Source: Perkinsela sp. CCAP 1560/9
Lineage: Eukaryota > Protista > Euglenozoa: Kinetoplastea
DNA: 64,000 nucleotides
Reading direction: 5' to 3'
Assembly (NCBI GenBank): GCA_965644495.1
Contig: CBFFSA010000021.1
Location: forward strand, 62,001-126,000
The position numbers and the translations under genes were made by a program. Below the pieces are notes generated by a model. The model saw only the letters and a program-made list of their open reading frames with translations. It ran no database searches and was not told where the DNA came from. Below are positions 1 through 11,845 of the stretch, in pieces (positions within the stretch are counted from its first letter, which is position 1; every line of letters starts with the position of its first letter).

Positions 1-461
1 CCAACCCCCAACCATTTCGCGGAGTTGGTGGACGGGATGCCCGTTCGTAAGTTTGAGGAGTTGTTGACTGGGTTTCTGTGATTGTTTTTATTATAATGGC
101 CAGGTACCTTGATAATTCGTCAGATAGATATAGTTTATTGGAAACTAAAAATAGTCGGGATGATTGGACTGAAACTTTCATTGAAGCGATATATTACTAG
201 GAAAATTGGTTTTAACATGGTTTACTTTCATTATGATGCAGGGGAGAGAAGACGTTGATTTCTTAGTTAGAACTACCCCCATACAATGGGGGGTAGCGCC
301 AATACGAAATACTTGTAGACATTTCCAGGTTAGCGTATTTATTTATCTATTTATTTATTTATTTACTTGTAAGTTCTGTTCTAGTTATTTTTGGAGGTAG
401 TTTCTCTCACGAGAGAAGGGGGGAAGGTGATTTTTCGCCCGTGGCTTCCTGTCATAGGATT

Positions 462-1169
462 TCACAGGAGAAATGCCTCCAAGAAGCGAATTCTATCTGA
501 CGGCGGTAAGTGTAGGATACCTTGTGGACCCTCTCCTTTCCCCTCCTTATAAGAAATCTGAATCTTTATCATTCCTTTCCGTGAGGATCTTTTTACGACT
601 TCGCCAACGGAGTGATACATCTCTTTATTCCTGCTAGATCCCCATCTCACCTCGCAAGTCGTACCTTTTCCCCATTCTCTAATAATTTGTTGGACTTGGT
701 CAGGGGCTTTTGCGAAACATGGGTTGCTCTTGTTTTCTTCACCGTCTGTCAACATAGAATCTGATTGTGTCGCTTTTTCGTCTTCGGACTTTGAGGCGTT
801 CGATTCATCATTTTCCGAAGTTTCTATATCGATATTTCCTCGTTCAATCCTGTTTCGCATCGTGTATCTCTTCAACTTGATGAGATTCGAATTCTTCGCT
901 TCCAGTTGATCATGAATTTCGTGGTCAGCCCAAATTGGAGAAATGTCTTTTCCTGTGCTTTGACTGATAGCCCCAATTCGTGGTGTCTTCTTGGGTTTCG
1001 GTGCGGTCTCACTTTTATTGTAGCTCGGCTCGCTGATTCTGGTGTTCGGAGAAGCGCTACAGCGTCCTTCGCTACAATCATCCTTCCGGGTAGCCTGCAG
1101 AAGATTTCCCGATGTCGCCCCGATGTCGTCCGTGAAGTGTTTTCCAAATCTCGCTTGACGAGCGAACAT
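462..1169 (-). CDS. Hypothetical protein (235 aa), probably mobile-element associated
   Basis: ATG-started ORF antisense to the host gene array, with a low-complexity N-half and a compact beta-rich C-terminus (CEVRWG..VGEVV..IQISY..LPP). It starts about 30 bp from a 32-bp motif (1198-1229) that also occurs at the LRR interruption point at 31241. Confidence 0.35.
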   Translation of the reverse strand: MFARQARFGKHFTDDIGATSGNLLQATRKDDCSEGRCSASPNTRISEPSYNKSETAPKPKKTPRIGAISQSTGKDISPIWADHEIHDQLEAKNSNLIKLKRYTMRNRIERGNIDIETSENDESNASKSEDEKATQSDSMLTDGEENKSNPCFAKAPDQVQQIIREWGKGTTCEVRWGSSRNKEMYHSVGEVVKRSSRKGMIKIQISYKEGKGEGPQGILHLPPSDRIRFLEAFLL

Positions 1170-1338
1170 GTTTAAGTAATCTCAATAAATATTCAACAAC
1201 AAGGTACATAAACTGTATCTTTATCGTTAAAGATTACCTTACCGTGGATGTATAATGGATACTACCCTAGTTTCTTGACGTCTTGTTATGCTGACACCGG
1301 GTAGCTCCATACTCGGAGAATGCGGTGGGGAGAGCTAC

Positions 1339-1374
1339 GGGTGGCGCGGCGGGTGGCGCGGCGGGTGGCGCGGC
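1339..1374. repeat. Tandem repeat (GGGTGGCGCGGC)x3
   Basis: Three exact 12-bp units. Confidence 0.9.
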
Positions 1375-2745
1375 GGCAAAAACGATAGAATCTACCTCCA
1401 AAAGTAAAACTTCAACAAGGTAGCCCTCTAATGCTCCGGTAGATAGCGCAACTAAAAAACAAGTAAGCAGCTCAAGATCGAAAACTCAGGCGTGATAGCT
1501 CTCCAGACTACGAAGTGAGAACTTCCTCAATGGCCTTGTCAAAATTGGATGTTAATGCCTCAGTCGCGGTTTGGTTATACACGACACCAACCTAGTATAC
1601 ACCAACCCTAGTATACACGCATGTGATAAGTTCGCCTTACGTTTACACATTTTGCCAGCAATTGGGTGACACATTGTTTGCTCCCATGAGTTTGAGTCTC
1701 CTGAAAATGGCATCGTGCTTTTTGAATGTGCTTAATAGTTTCCCACTAACAACAAGGTACAGGTACATATGAAAACATACTACAGGTTCTTCAAGATATC
1801 AAAACCTTGAAAACTTGTGAAAGTAATCTGCGTATTCAATTTAGTTCAATACACATGAATATTTCAGCACGTAAACCATAATATTTTATTATATACCAAG
1901 GAAAATGTTTATATCCACGTTTAAAAACTTTTTAATTTTAAAAAGGGAGGCTATTGAAGTAGTTTCCCATTCGTTAGTACTGTGAGAAAATGAATTATAG
2001 TAGCGCTACTAAGTGACATATGTTGTTTTACTTTATACTTTATATATTGATGTACAAACATATTCGATGGATTTGACGAAGGGTAGGATTACATTAATGT
2101 ATTTTACACTTGATTTGAGTTTTTCAATCTTCACGAATACAATTCTATACGAATGCGCTGATTATAATCAATATCAGTAACGTGATTTGGCAGGCTAAAA
2201 CCTTTCAATACATTTATCTTGTAACTTCTGTTGATACGGCTTAATCGATTCACCTTTTCGCGGTAACGTCGCTTTTTTTCTTTCGGAGAGAAATACGTCG
2301 AATTTTGTTGATGAACAGATCGTCCACTGACTAAAATTTTTGGGAAGACTTTGGTGAAAATCTAAAAAAAAAATCGGTGAAACGGTTCTTAAGGATAAAA
2401 GTAATTAAGGCAGAACGGATTTAAAAATTAATTATTGCCTTAATTAAAGTGGCGCTGAAAAAAGCCCAAAACAGTTCTTATTTAAATATTGTCGTTTGTA
2501 GCATAAATATCACATTTCTGCTAAAAGTGCTCAAATTCTGATCATTTTTCATGTTTTTCGAACTTTTCTAGACGAGCTTCGCCTGTTTCGCCTACCTTTA
2601 CGGTCTTCAACCAGTTCAACGTGTGAGAGAAAAGCTAAAACGATCATTGAAAGGAGAAGTCTGAGACGGAATCATTAAATTATTTTTTCCCAATCTTTCC
2701 CCCAAAATGACAAAAAATTAATTATTGCCTTAATTAAAGCTGCCT

Positions 2746-2914
2746 TGAAAGTCTACGATAGTAATTCCTCGTAGTGGGTATAGTTAATTATTGGCCGAGA
2801 GGCACTAAATCTGTAAACTTTTCAAATAATTTATACTTGTAATAATAGGTCAAACTAGTTTTATTTAGAATCCTTTATTATCATTTGCTTTTGTAAGTGG
2901 GTAATTTTGTTCGC
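2746..2914 (+). repeat. Split direct repeat A1 (copy A2 at 5971-6139)
   Basis: 169-bp direct repeat, identical by eye. Confidence 0.92.
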
Positions 2915-5729
2915 CCTCCATGCCTCACCCGTCGATCCTTTAAATTTAGAACTTGTCCGTGAACTGATGAATCATGATACACGAACCAGATTTGATAATT
3001 TGTGGGAACATTTAATCCGGCCAAAAATTGATTTTAATCAGTCAAAAATGCAACCCGTGTCGAAGACAACGCTGTCCGTCCAAGATCTTTATAAACTTGT
3101 TGAATGTGGTATCATATCAAAAGTGGATGAGAAGAAAATGAAGGATAGCCCTACTCGAGGATCGATAGTACCGTTTACCACAGTAGAACAGCGTGAAGAC
3201 GGTTTTCGGCGGAGATTCATTTGTTGGCCATCTGACCACAATGCAGCCCTTCAGTATGATTATACGCCCAAAGTTCCAATTTCACAACCCGTGTCATATG
3301 TTGATGCCCTAAGGCACCAGCAAGCCTTAAAAAGGGATCTGAAGTGCAGCTTTTTTCAGGTTCAACTCCCACCAAACGCTCGTTCGTATTATCGTTTTGC
3401 ATACCAGGATCGGGTCTATGAGCTAAATCGAATGCCAATGGGCCACGTGTGTGCCCCAGAAATTCAGCAAACAATCACCTCCGTTTTAGCTGGAGACGTA
3501 GCGTATATGGAGACGTTGCAGTAACGACGCAACCAATATTCGTTTTGGGCCACAAGGGGATTTAGATATTTACATCGACGGATTACGTTTTAGTGGCACA
3601 GCAACGGCATGCAAAGAGTACGAAATGTGGCTGGAGGAACGTGCGAAACAGATTCAAGCCACTTTCAAGCCGGCCGAGTCGGTACGAGGCCCGAAATATT
3701 CCTTTGTCGGAGTCGAGTTTGACCACGATAAAGCGCAATATCGTCTCACTCCAAAGCTTATAAACAAATTGCCATATATTTTACCAACTGAACTTCCACT
3801 ACATTCATTGGAGTCATTGGCTCCACGGGCACTTCCGTGAGTTTTTGAGACACTTCGATGATTTCTCATCGAAGTGCCTACGTGTCACAGGGTGACTCAT
3901 CGAAACGTCAATCTTCTCATCGAAGGTGATTTTAATTACTTTGGAAAGAAAAAAATCGAGAACATGAAAATAAGAAAGCGGCGACACTGAGAATCTGTGT
4001 CTGCCACTTCCGCAGGTTTGTATATTTGTTTTCCTATACTACGACACCTAGTTTACCGTGTCTGGAGGCAAGGCCCAACTTTGAGCGAAGCCCACTTCTG
4101 GAGGCAAAAGCCCCCGTTTGCGAGCAAGGCCCAACTGTGAGCGTAGCCCTGGGACAGAATTATATTTTTTGGCGACCCGCGCGCCCCAGCGCGCGGGTCG
4201 CGCACTGAGAACCTATGTCTGCCACTTCCGCAGGATCGTGTATTTGTTTTCCTATACTGCGAGACCTAGTAGCGCGAGACCTAAGCGCCAGCACTATAAT
4301 TTCGGTGCATCAGCTCAAGACCTCAAGCGCAATATTGCTCTCCAATGCGTTGAATTCGGGAGCGTACACAATGATCCAGAGCGAGCTGCGTTCTGGAACA
4401 TTATGGAAAGGATCCTTTCTTCTATGAAGAGAGTGAAAGTGAGAACGAACCAGAAAACGTCGAGATGAACTTTGATAATTAGACTACTCATGTGAAAATT
4501 TTGTTTTATGATGAGAAAATATAGCGCGCAAATTTTTGTAATTGTTCTGCGAAGCAACGGTTTAGGTGTTATTATAAATCTAAATCTATAATTCTATTTT
4601 CTGTACATACTTCTTTTCATGGCCACTGTAAAGTGGCCATAGGTCAGGGGCATTGTATACAATGCAGGGGCCTAGCGACCCCCGCCTTCCGAGCTTTTCC
4701 GTCCACAGCAACGGTTTTTTGTACATATTTTTTTGTCTCGTATCTGAGTTTTCTGTGGTTTTCTTAGTGTCGTGCGAATCCTAGGATTTCTTTGTCCAGG
4801 TAATTTCTTAATTAACTCGCGCGCGCTTCCATTGTTTCATATGGTATCAAGCTCTTTAAATCAATGGAAAATCGTATTTCTAAGAAGAGTCACGGGCATT
4901 ATTTTGCTTTCACGTTTCTACAATTTATTTTCGCAACGTTTTCTTTAACTTTCATGACTGCACCAGCGTTTGCTCCCGAGTCGAAAATGCAGCTACCACC
5001 TCAAAAGTAATTAAAATCACCTTTGATGAGTTTCTTTCGTTTCGATGATTTTCGTTTTGACACGTGGGCGTTTCGATGAGTACTCACGGAAGTGTCCTCG
5101 TACCCGAGTCATTAAGTGCACGACTGATTTATGGATCCGGAGTTTTAAAGATCAACATGCCCCGTTACTATTGGGTGATCAAATTTGTTCGTAGGCAACT
5201 GTCAAAACTGAACAGAGGAATAATTACAGATGTGGAAAATGTTCATATCCCATTAAGCGTGTATAATGACCTTCAGCTCTGGGTCAATGAGGTACGAGCC
5301 AATCGCTGGTATAATTACGATACACGCACGGTCCTTAAGACTGCTGTGTTATATACTGATGCTTCGGAAGCAGGTTGGGGAGCAGTTTTATTTACTCCTA
5401 AAGGTGAAGTTCTTGGAACGGGAGCCGCGTGGACGAACCACATTGAAATCAATAGAGCTGAAGCAATAGCCGTCCATCATGCCTTTCAGGCCTTTATTAA
5501 GCAATGGGAAGGAATAGATAAAATTTAGCTAATGATCGATAACAGCAGCGTAGTCGCAGCTCTGCGGAAATCTTGGGCGGAATCCCCAGCTTTGGCACAA
5601 ATTTTATCAGAACTTTTGCCCCTTTTCTCCCGGCTGAAAATACAGGTGGAAACGTTTTACGTACCGACGCAGGATAATCTTGCGGATCCCTGGAGCCGAA
5701 ATCGATTTGGTACTTGGCGAGAGGGATAA
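2907..5729 (+). pseudogene. Reverse transcriptase-RNase H (DIRS/TATE-like), disrupted
   Basis: RT motifs RRRFICWP, RDLKCSFFQ, RMPMG and DIYIDGLR (about 3565-3590). RNase H motifs LYTDAS..GWG, INRAE, IDNSS and NLADPWSR. Disrupted by a frameshift near 3505-3520, the Merlin insertion at 3819-5105 and an in-frame TAG at 5526-5528. Confidence 0.9.
3819..5105 (+). mobile_element. Merlin (IS1016/IS1595-like) DNA transposon, non-autonomous
   Basis: 24-bp imperfect TIRs starting GG (GGCTCCACGGGCACTTCCGTGAGT / GGGTACGAGGACACTTCCGTGAGT). 8-bp TSD GAGTCATT at 3811-3818 and 5106-5113. Internal HYNFGASAQDLKRNIAL is shared with the Merlin transposase remnant at about 44800. Removing the element rejoins LHSLESL|SARLIYG in frame. 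Confidence 0.85.
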
Positions 5730-5747
5730 ATACTTGCGAGAGGGCGG

Positions 5748-5937
5748 GTGCCGGCGAACACCCACTCGTAAGTCAAACCATACAAGTATACTGCAAGTTA
5801 ATATCTAGTCAAATTGATGGATAGCGATCGATAACTGACATAGTTAACACTTCAATAGTTTAAACACAGAACATCCCCCTTTTTCAAACAACAACGTAGA
5901 AATCATACCACTTATACTCTAATTTTTGTATGATCAA
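5748..5937 (+). repeat. Split direct repeat B1 (copy B2 at 6163-6352)
   Basis: 190-bp direct repeat with a few substitutions. Confidence 0.92.
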
Positions 5938-6675
5938 TGGAGAGCTGAGAGCCCACCCGGAGAGGAATTATGAAAGTCTACGATAGTAATTCCTCGTAGT
6001 GGGTATAGTTAATTATTGGCCGAGAGGCACTAAATCTGTAAACTTTTCAAATAATTTATACTTGTAATAATAGGTCAAACTAGTTTTATTTAGAATCCTT
6101 TATTATCATTTGCTTTTGTAAGTGGGTAATTTTGTTCGCGCCCACCCACCTCCCCACGCCATGTGCCGGCGAACACCCACTCGTAAGTCAAACCATACAA
6201 GTATACTGCAAGTTAATATCTAGTCAAATTGATGGATAGCGATCGATAACTGACATAGTTAACACTTCAATAGTTTAAACACAGAACACCCCCCTTTTTC
6301 AAACAACAACGTAGAAATCATACCACTTATATTCTAATTTTTGTATTATCAAAGATCCTTCAAATGTGAGAAGTGGTTCTGTAAATTTTAAATTAGCACG
6401 GCATTTGCCTCATTATTTTATGAAGCAACAACAATTTTGTGAAATGGATATCAAACGAAGACACATCTTTGAGAGAAAAAAAATCGTTTTGTGAAAATGA
6501 GCAAAAGTGCGGAATTTAGTTCAGTTTCACCAAAAAGGGGTATAAAAAAAGCGAAGTCTTCTTTATTTTAACCGTAAATGATTTACAGTGGTAATCGTAA
6601 TCGTCATCTAAAATTAAGATATGCTTACTATGCAAAACACATGGTGTATCTTTTTTTTTTTTTAGGAGTCCCTAT

Positions 6676-7341
6676 ATGAAATATCATCAGCGCGGGTTTT
6701 CCCGATTTTTGGATTCAGTGAAAAACCACCCTGCGAAGGTTGTTACTCATAGCAATAATAGCGGATCGCAATGGAAGGAAAAATACAAACCTTCGCTGAA
6801 CTGGAAGACACACACGGCCGACAAACGGGGAAGTTTGGCCCAAGAAAGAAATACCCAACCGACTTACAAAACATTTGAACATTTCCACGATTTGTGTACC
6901 CTAGCACTCCACAAATATCTCCCTCCTGCGCAAAGTTCGTTTACCACCCCCGATCTAGTAATGATGATTCGGAGGTGTGATCATACATTTCACCCAAAAA
7001 ATTACGGAGTGGGTAATGTGCGGCAACTTGTAGACTCTTGCAAATTTCTTGCCAAAGCGCGTGGATTGTTGCACGTTGTGCGTGACCAAACGAGGCGACA
7101 TGCACCAATTACAACGGACAGTCACACATGGTCATATGTAGAAGACATTGCTCCATTATCCCGGCGACGACGAAATGACTCTATACGACGAGGTGAAAAT
7201 ATTATGTCCCGTCTGGCCAATCCTACGAGTATGAGAAGTGGAAAACAAGAACGACATGATCCAATTTCTTTTGGGGCTTCCCATGACCCTGTGCCGGAGC
7301 ATGACACTGTCAGAGGTAAGACATGGCTACGGGACTACTAA
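6676..7341 (+). CDS. OST-HTH/LOTUS domain-containing protein (221 aa)
   Basis: DLVMMIRRCDHTFHPKNYGVGNVRQLVDSCKFL fits the LOTUS consensus F..+.YG...l..l+. Preceded by a T-tract and AG. Confidence 0.6.
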   Translation: MKYHQRGFSRFLDSVKNHPAKVVTHSNNSGSQWKEKYKPSLNWKTHTADKRGSLAQERNTQPTYKTFEHFHDLCTLALHKYLPPAQSSFTTPDLVMMIRRCDHTFHPKNYGVGNVRQLVDSCKFLAKARGLLHVVRDQTRRHAPITTDSHTWSYVEDIAPLSRRRRNDSIRRGENIMSRLANPTSMRSGKQERHDPISFGASHDPVPEHDTVRGKTWLRDY

Positions 7342-8189
7342 GAAAATTTAAACGCGATGACACTGCCAAAGCTCTTGCTCCACCTATTACTCATACTTCC
7401 GATTCATCCCTCTTTGGTTAGCCTTTGCTATCTACAGTACTTACAGAGGGGGGGCACGAAAACTGACTGTAGCTTTATATTTTAGCCTAATGAGGCCGTT
7501 CACATATACTTCATGAGATCAAAAGGGACATTTTCCCCCAAAAACTTTTGACTTCGTACTTCCCCTAATAAAATGTACCAAATAAGAAAATTTATGAGCT
7601 CTACCTTGGTTCCGGTTCTGAGTTTGGAAAATGATTTCAAGTCTATTCAGAAGTCCTTAATTCACATCGTACGGTACAGGCTTCTATCACCACGTCATCC
7701 AAGGTTCCCAACTACAAAATATGATACGGTCATTCATTTTACAGCCTGTGCAAAGAAAAATGATAGAGCGGAGTCGTGTAAGTAGCAAACATACGGGGGT
7801 GTGTTGGAAAACAATAGCGCATTCGAGAGCTCTCGAACAGGACCCATGAACGTAACATGGCCGAAATGGGCACAAGTGGGTATTGCCCCCCAGACAAAGA
7901 GCCCCCAAATGCTATTTGCAAATTTCTAAAATATCAAATAAAAATATTAATACTTGCTACAACCCCGTTCCACTCATTTTGGGACAAAATTAGACAAATA
8001 TATTTATGTGCAAGCGAGATAAAATAGCGCCATTGTGTCGTTCTGCATGAGGACGAGAACGAAAAACTATACGATGCCACCAATACTGTGGAAAACAGAG
8101 TGATGCGGAACCACGAAAATATTATTTTGAAAAAATGATGTAAAAATCGGACCAATTTCGTTGAAATTATAATAAAAAATAAGTGCAAT

Positions 8190-8820
8190 TCAAAAGTCTT
8201 CATACTCAGGAAAGCAGTCTTAGAGGGGTGACTCCGGCCGGGCACTCCCAGGCGCTCCCAGACTTCTACGGAGATCCGACTTGGTGGAATGATTTTCGCA
8301 AAGAGGTCCGGAATCCTCGATGTCCCTTGGATGGAACATGCTGGGCTAACATGACAAAGAGTTAGAAAGGAGACCGGCGTTGGGATGTCGTCGATGATGG
8401 GGCGTGTCGACCCCAGCCTTCCGAAGTAAGGAATTCCAGCTAGTTGCAGGGATTTTGTCCTTCCTATTCCTGTTTAACCCCTATTCACGGAGTCGTGAAC
8501 CGCGTTCCGGGGTTGTAAGATGGCGTGGAAAGTCCAACGCCGGGAATATATTGCTAGCACCACTTTTTCCCGCGTGCTAACCTTATAACCTTGGTGGAGG
8601 TGGAACTGCGCTCCTACACGCTGTGGTCGAATCCCACCCCATCTCCGGAGGAACGGAGCCGTAAAAAACTTCGTTTCTCAAGCTAGGACCGTCCCAGACC
8701 AATAATCCGGGATAGTGGAGTTTTAGCGGGTGAGCTAGCAGAGCTCCTGATGAAGTCGGATACTACAGCGCTCTGCTCATTCGACAAAGAAGCCCACCGG
8801 TTGAACGGTCTTAACGTTAG
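8190..8820. other. GC-rich structured non-coding island with tRNA-like mini-domain (8596-8646)
   Basis: Complementary pairs CCGGCGTTGG/CCAACGCCGG, TTCACG-gagt-CGTGAA, AGCAGAGC/GCTCTGCT and GGAGGTGG/CCATCTCC enclosing GTGG-TCGAATC-CCAC. No convincing protein-coding ORF. Confidence 0.35.
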
Positions 8821-8824
8821 GTGT

Positions 8825-9906
8825 ACTGCGGTGGTTGTTTAACTACCGCTGTACCCTCAATTATTGGAAAAGTTAACAAATTCCCCCCCCCCCTCACGTG
8901 GGGGTGACCCCCCCTGGTATCCGCCGGATGGGTCCGCCAAGTTCGGAATTTTCACGAAGAAGAAGTTGAAAAAAATTCTTTCAAACGCGGTGGTAGTTTT
9001 CAACGCGAAGCGCGCAGCATGAGTGACTTCTAAGTTGAAAACAACCACCGCGTTTAACGAAGAGCATAATATTCTTAATAATTTTTTCGTTTAATAATAA
9101 TTATTATTAAAAATTATTAAAATATATTAATACTTATTAATTAGGCTCTTCGTTAAATGCGGTGGTTGTTTTCAACTTAGAAGTCACTCATGCTGCGCGC
9201 TTCGCGTTGAAAACTATCACCGCGTTTAACGAAGAGCTTAAAAAAGAAAATTTAGCCCGGAAAGCTGAAGGAAACGGAAAGATTATAGCCAAAAATAGCC
9301 GATTTGAGGGTATTTTTGCGTATTTTTGCTCTCAGAGCACTAAATTTGATGCCTACGTGAGGGAAATTCTTTTCATCGCTGGGCGATGGGGTTTAGGGAG
9401 CGAAAAAAAACAAAAAAAATTATTTTTTGGTCACCCCAAAAATTTCGGAAATTTTGACCTTGTTGTACCCCTCCTGCGCGTACCAGGGGGGGTGGGTGGA
9501 AAATTATCGCCACGGCATACTCCAACACTTCCCTGCGCTCGATTTTGAAAAGCAAAAAATTCGAAAAAAAAATAATTCGCGACGTCTGCCCCCCCCTGGA
9601 CCCCCCCTGGACCCCCCCCTGGACCCCCCCTGGAGACCCCCCCCTGGACCCTGCCCCCTGGACCCCCCCTGTACCCCCCCCTGGACCGCCCTCCTCCTGG
9701 ACCCGCCCCCCCTGGACCCGCCCCATGGACCCCCCCTAGGCCCTCCATTTTTTTCAATTCTTTTTTTCAGTTTTCGAACACGGGAGCCCCCTTTTATATT
9801 TTTTTCTTCTATTACATTACTGTGTTTCTCTTTATATTTTCACTGTTTTTGCTCACTTTTTTTTCAATAATCGAGGGTAGAGCGGTAGTTATACAACCAC
9901 CGCAAT
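8825..9906. mobile_element. Foldback-like non-autonomous element (ATTGCGGTGGTTG-end family), complete copy
   Basis: About 45-bp TIRs at both ends. Internal hairpin modules at 8983-9055 and 9145-9238. (CCCCCCTGGAC)n array at 9590-9740. Confidence 0.75.
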
Positions 9907-10068
9907 TAACGTGTATTACATGCCGAAACCCTCGTTTAAGCCCTGCAGAATAACACTTCCAGTAACATGATTTCTGTATCTTCAGATTGAAGAAAAAAAT
10001 ATTAAGAAACTAAAGAAGAAAATTTTAACTAAAGATATCCTAGGCGCTCCCACCCAGAGCCACCCCTC

Positions 10069-10310
10069 TTAGTACGGCACTTTTCTTCCTTCGAGAGCAA
10101 TACACTTCTCCAACTTACATTTGAAAGATAAATGCACGTCACGTGCAAATGTCTTAGCATCTTCTGAAACAAGAAACGTTTCTGAAAGTCGCTTGATTTC
10201 GCGAACATTTCGAGGATCATGCTTGCTCAACTCGCACCTGATATGTGACCATAAATTCTCTATTGGATTGAGATCAGGCGAATCTGTCGGCCACCATGGC
10301 AGACGAATAC
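10069..10310 (-). pseudogene. Tc1/mariner transposase C-terminal fragment (second copy)
   Basis: WPTDSPDLNPIENLWSHI...KLEKCIALEGRKVPY, the canonical Tc1 C-terminus. Confidence 0.85.
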
Positions 10311-11843
10311 CACTCTGGACGTGGCTTACATGTCGAAGGCTTTGAGAAGCCACGCCAGTGGATAGTTTTTGTTCCCGCCTTTTCAAAGTCTTTATACTTT
10401 TGAAGTCTATTAGGGACTGCATCAATTGTGTTGCACACTTTACGTTTTTCCTGAGGACGTTATAGAATCTGAAAAGCTTTTTTAATGGCATCGGCGAGGG
10501 TAGCATGATTGTGGGGCTTAATTTTTTTCTTTATGATACCGTTCATTTGTTTCCAACATTTTCTATTGGATTTAAATCAGGCGAATTCGCTGGCCAAGAC
10601 AATTGTTTAATACGATATTTTATCAATTCACCTTTTGCCAAGTTATGGGTGGTAGCATTATCCATTTGCACAGTCACATTGTCAGCGTGGTCTTTGAGAT
10701 AATGTAAAAACCCATTAGGCTTCTGAAAGGAGTCAAGGATCACTCCCCCAGTGACCTTGTGCGCGTTTTCATAAGTTGTATTGTCATTGGGTTCAAACAC
10801 GTGCAAGAAAAATCCGTGTTCTACACTAATACCCATCCAAGCCATTACCCCCTTCCCCCCATACCACCTACGGTTTCTGCAGCGAGGTTTTCTTTGGCAC
10901 CCTTTAGGTCCAATGAAAAACTGAGACCCATGAACCCCACAGGTAAACAACTTTTCATCAGTCCAAATGATTTTGTTTAAATCTTCTTTAGGCCATGTAA
11001 GCAATTCGTTTGCTAATCTCAAACGCTGCGACTTGTGTTCCTCAGTTAGGTCACAGTTCGGCGACTTAGCCCATCTACCATAATCAATATTTTTCAAAAT
11101 AGTTCTTATTTTGTTTAACGAACATTTATACCCCATATTCAGCATTTGCTCGTGTATCCAAGTATAAGTTAAGCAACCATCGTACGTTTCGTTTTCATCA
11201 TCTACAATTTTTTTTACAAGGTCCTTAAACCGCCTTGATGATTTTTTCCTGGGGATTTTTGGGGTGTAAGATCTTCTCCTTCCTTCCACAGGTTAACAAT
11301 TCTTCTTATGGTGCGACGGTCACGTCCGAAATTATTAGATAATTTATGTATGCTTAATCCCTTTTTGTGTTGCTTTATTATTTCTTTTCTCTCGCAAAGA
11401 GGTAATGCCACGGTTCCTTTGTGGGATATTGGGGGATTGTCTTCTCTTTTGTCATTCCATCCTTGTACGTACTCCCCCTGTTTGGGGTTAGAGGGTCTGG
11501 TCTGCATAATGTAGAGGTGTTGACTATATTAAATTAGGCGATAGGGATGGTACTAGACATAGAGCTTTCAAATTATCAATTTAGAACACTATTACTCGTA
11601 CTTACATGTTCAAAATGTACAAAAAATCGGGAAAATATGACAAAAAATGGTTGTGCACATAGAAAACGTCCAAAAAAACAGTGTTTTTCGGACCCAGGGG
11701 GCACCAGGGGGTCTCTATGAAAAAAAAGGCGGCAAAGCTCTTCGCTAGGGGAACGAGATCTCACCAATGCTGCAAAGATGAGCAAAAATGGATAAAAAAA
11801 ATCAAAATTCCGAGGGGGGGGGCAAGATCAACTGAAACCACTG
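10310..11843 (-). mobile_element. Tc1-family transposon (DD32E), frameshifted transposase; one TIR end retained
   Basis: HTH at 11214-11507 and catalytic motifs IIWTDEK, QMDNATTH and WPANSPDLNPIE (10543-11289). 1-bp frameshifts near 11245 and 10553, and a TAA near 10461. End TA|CAGTGGTTTCAG at 11843-11845. Confidence 0.85.
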
Positions 11844-11845
11844 TA

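Larger units (their letters stand above)
2746..6352 (+). mobile_element. Tyrosine-recombinase-class retrotransposon (TATE/VIPER/Ngaro-like) with split direct repeats A1-[RT-RH]-B1-A2-B2; non-autonomous
   Basis: A1 2746-2914 matches A2 5971-6139 (169 bp). B1 5748-5937 nearly matches B2 6163-6352 (190 bp). DIRS-type RT and RNase H lie between A1 and B1. No TSD seen. Confidence 0.88.

Noticed and set aside
1-182. Open minus-strand frame running off the window (MKVSVQSS...)
   Set aside because: Too short and has no recognisable motif, so it cannot be assigned.
8465-8545. RNase P/MRP (GAAAGTCC) or telomerase template (TAACCCCTA) similarity
   Set aside because: No matching P4 partner strand, and the template does not fit TTAGGG.
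8747-8790. Hammerhead ribozyme core (CTGATGA plus stem)
   Set aside because: The required GAAA after stem II and clear stems I and III are missing. Kept only as part of the structured-island finding.
9162-9870. Pro/Gly-rich ORFs across the C-run arrays (also 12591-13037 and 55669-56019)
   Set aside because: Translations of tandem repeats within the non-coding foldback family.
10069-11843. Possible Fanzor/TnpB cargo beside the Tc1 or other transposases
   Set aside because: No RuvC plus zinc-ribbon motif set was seen in any ORF in the window.
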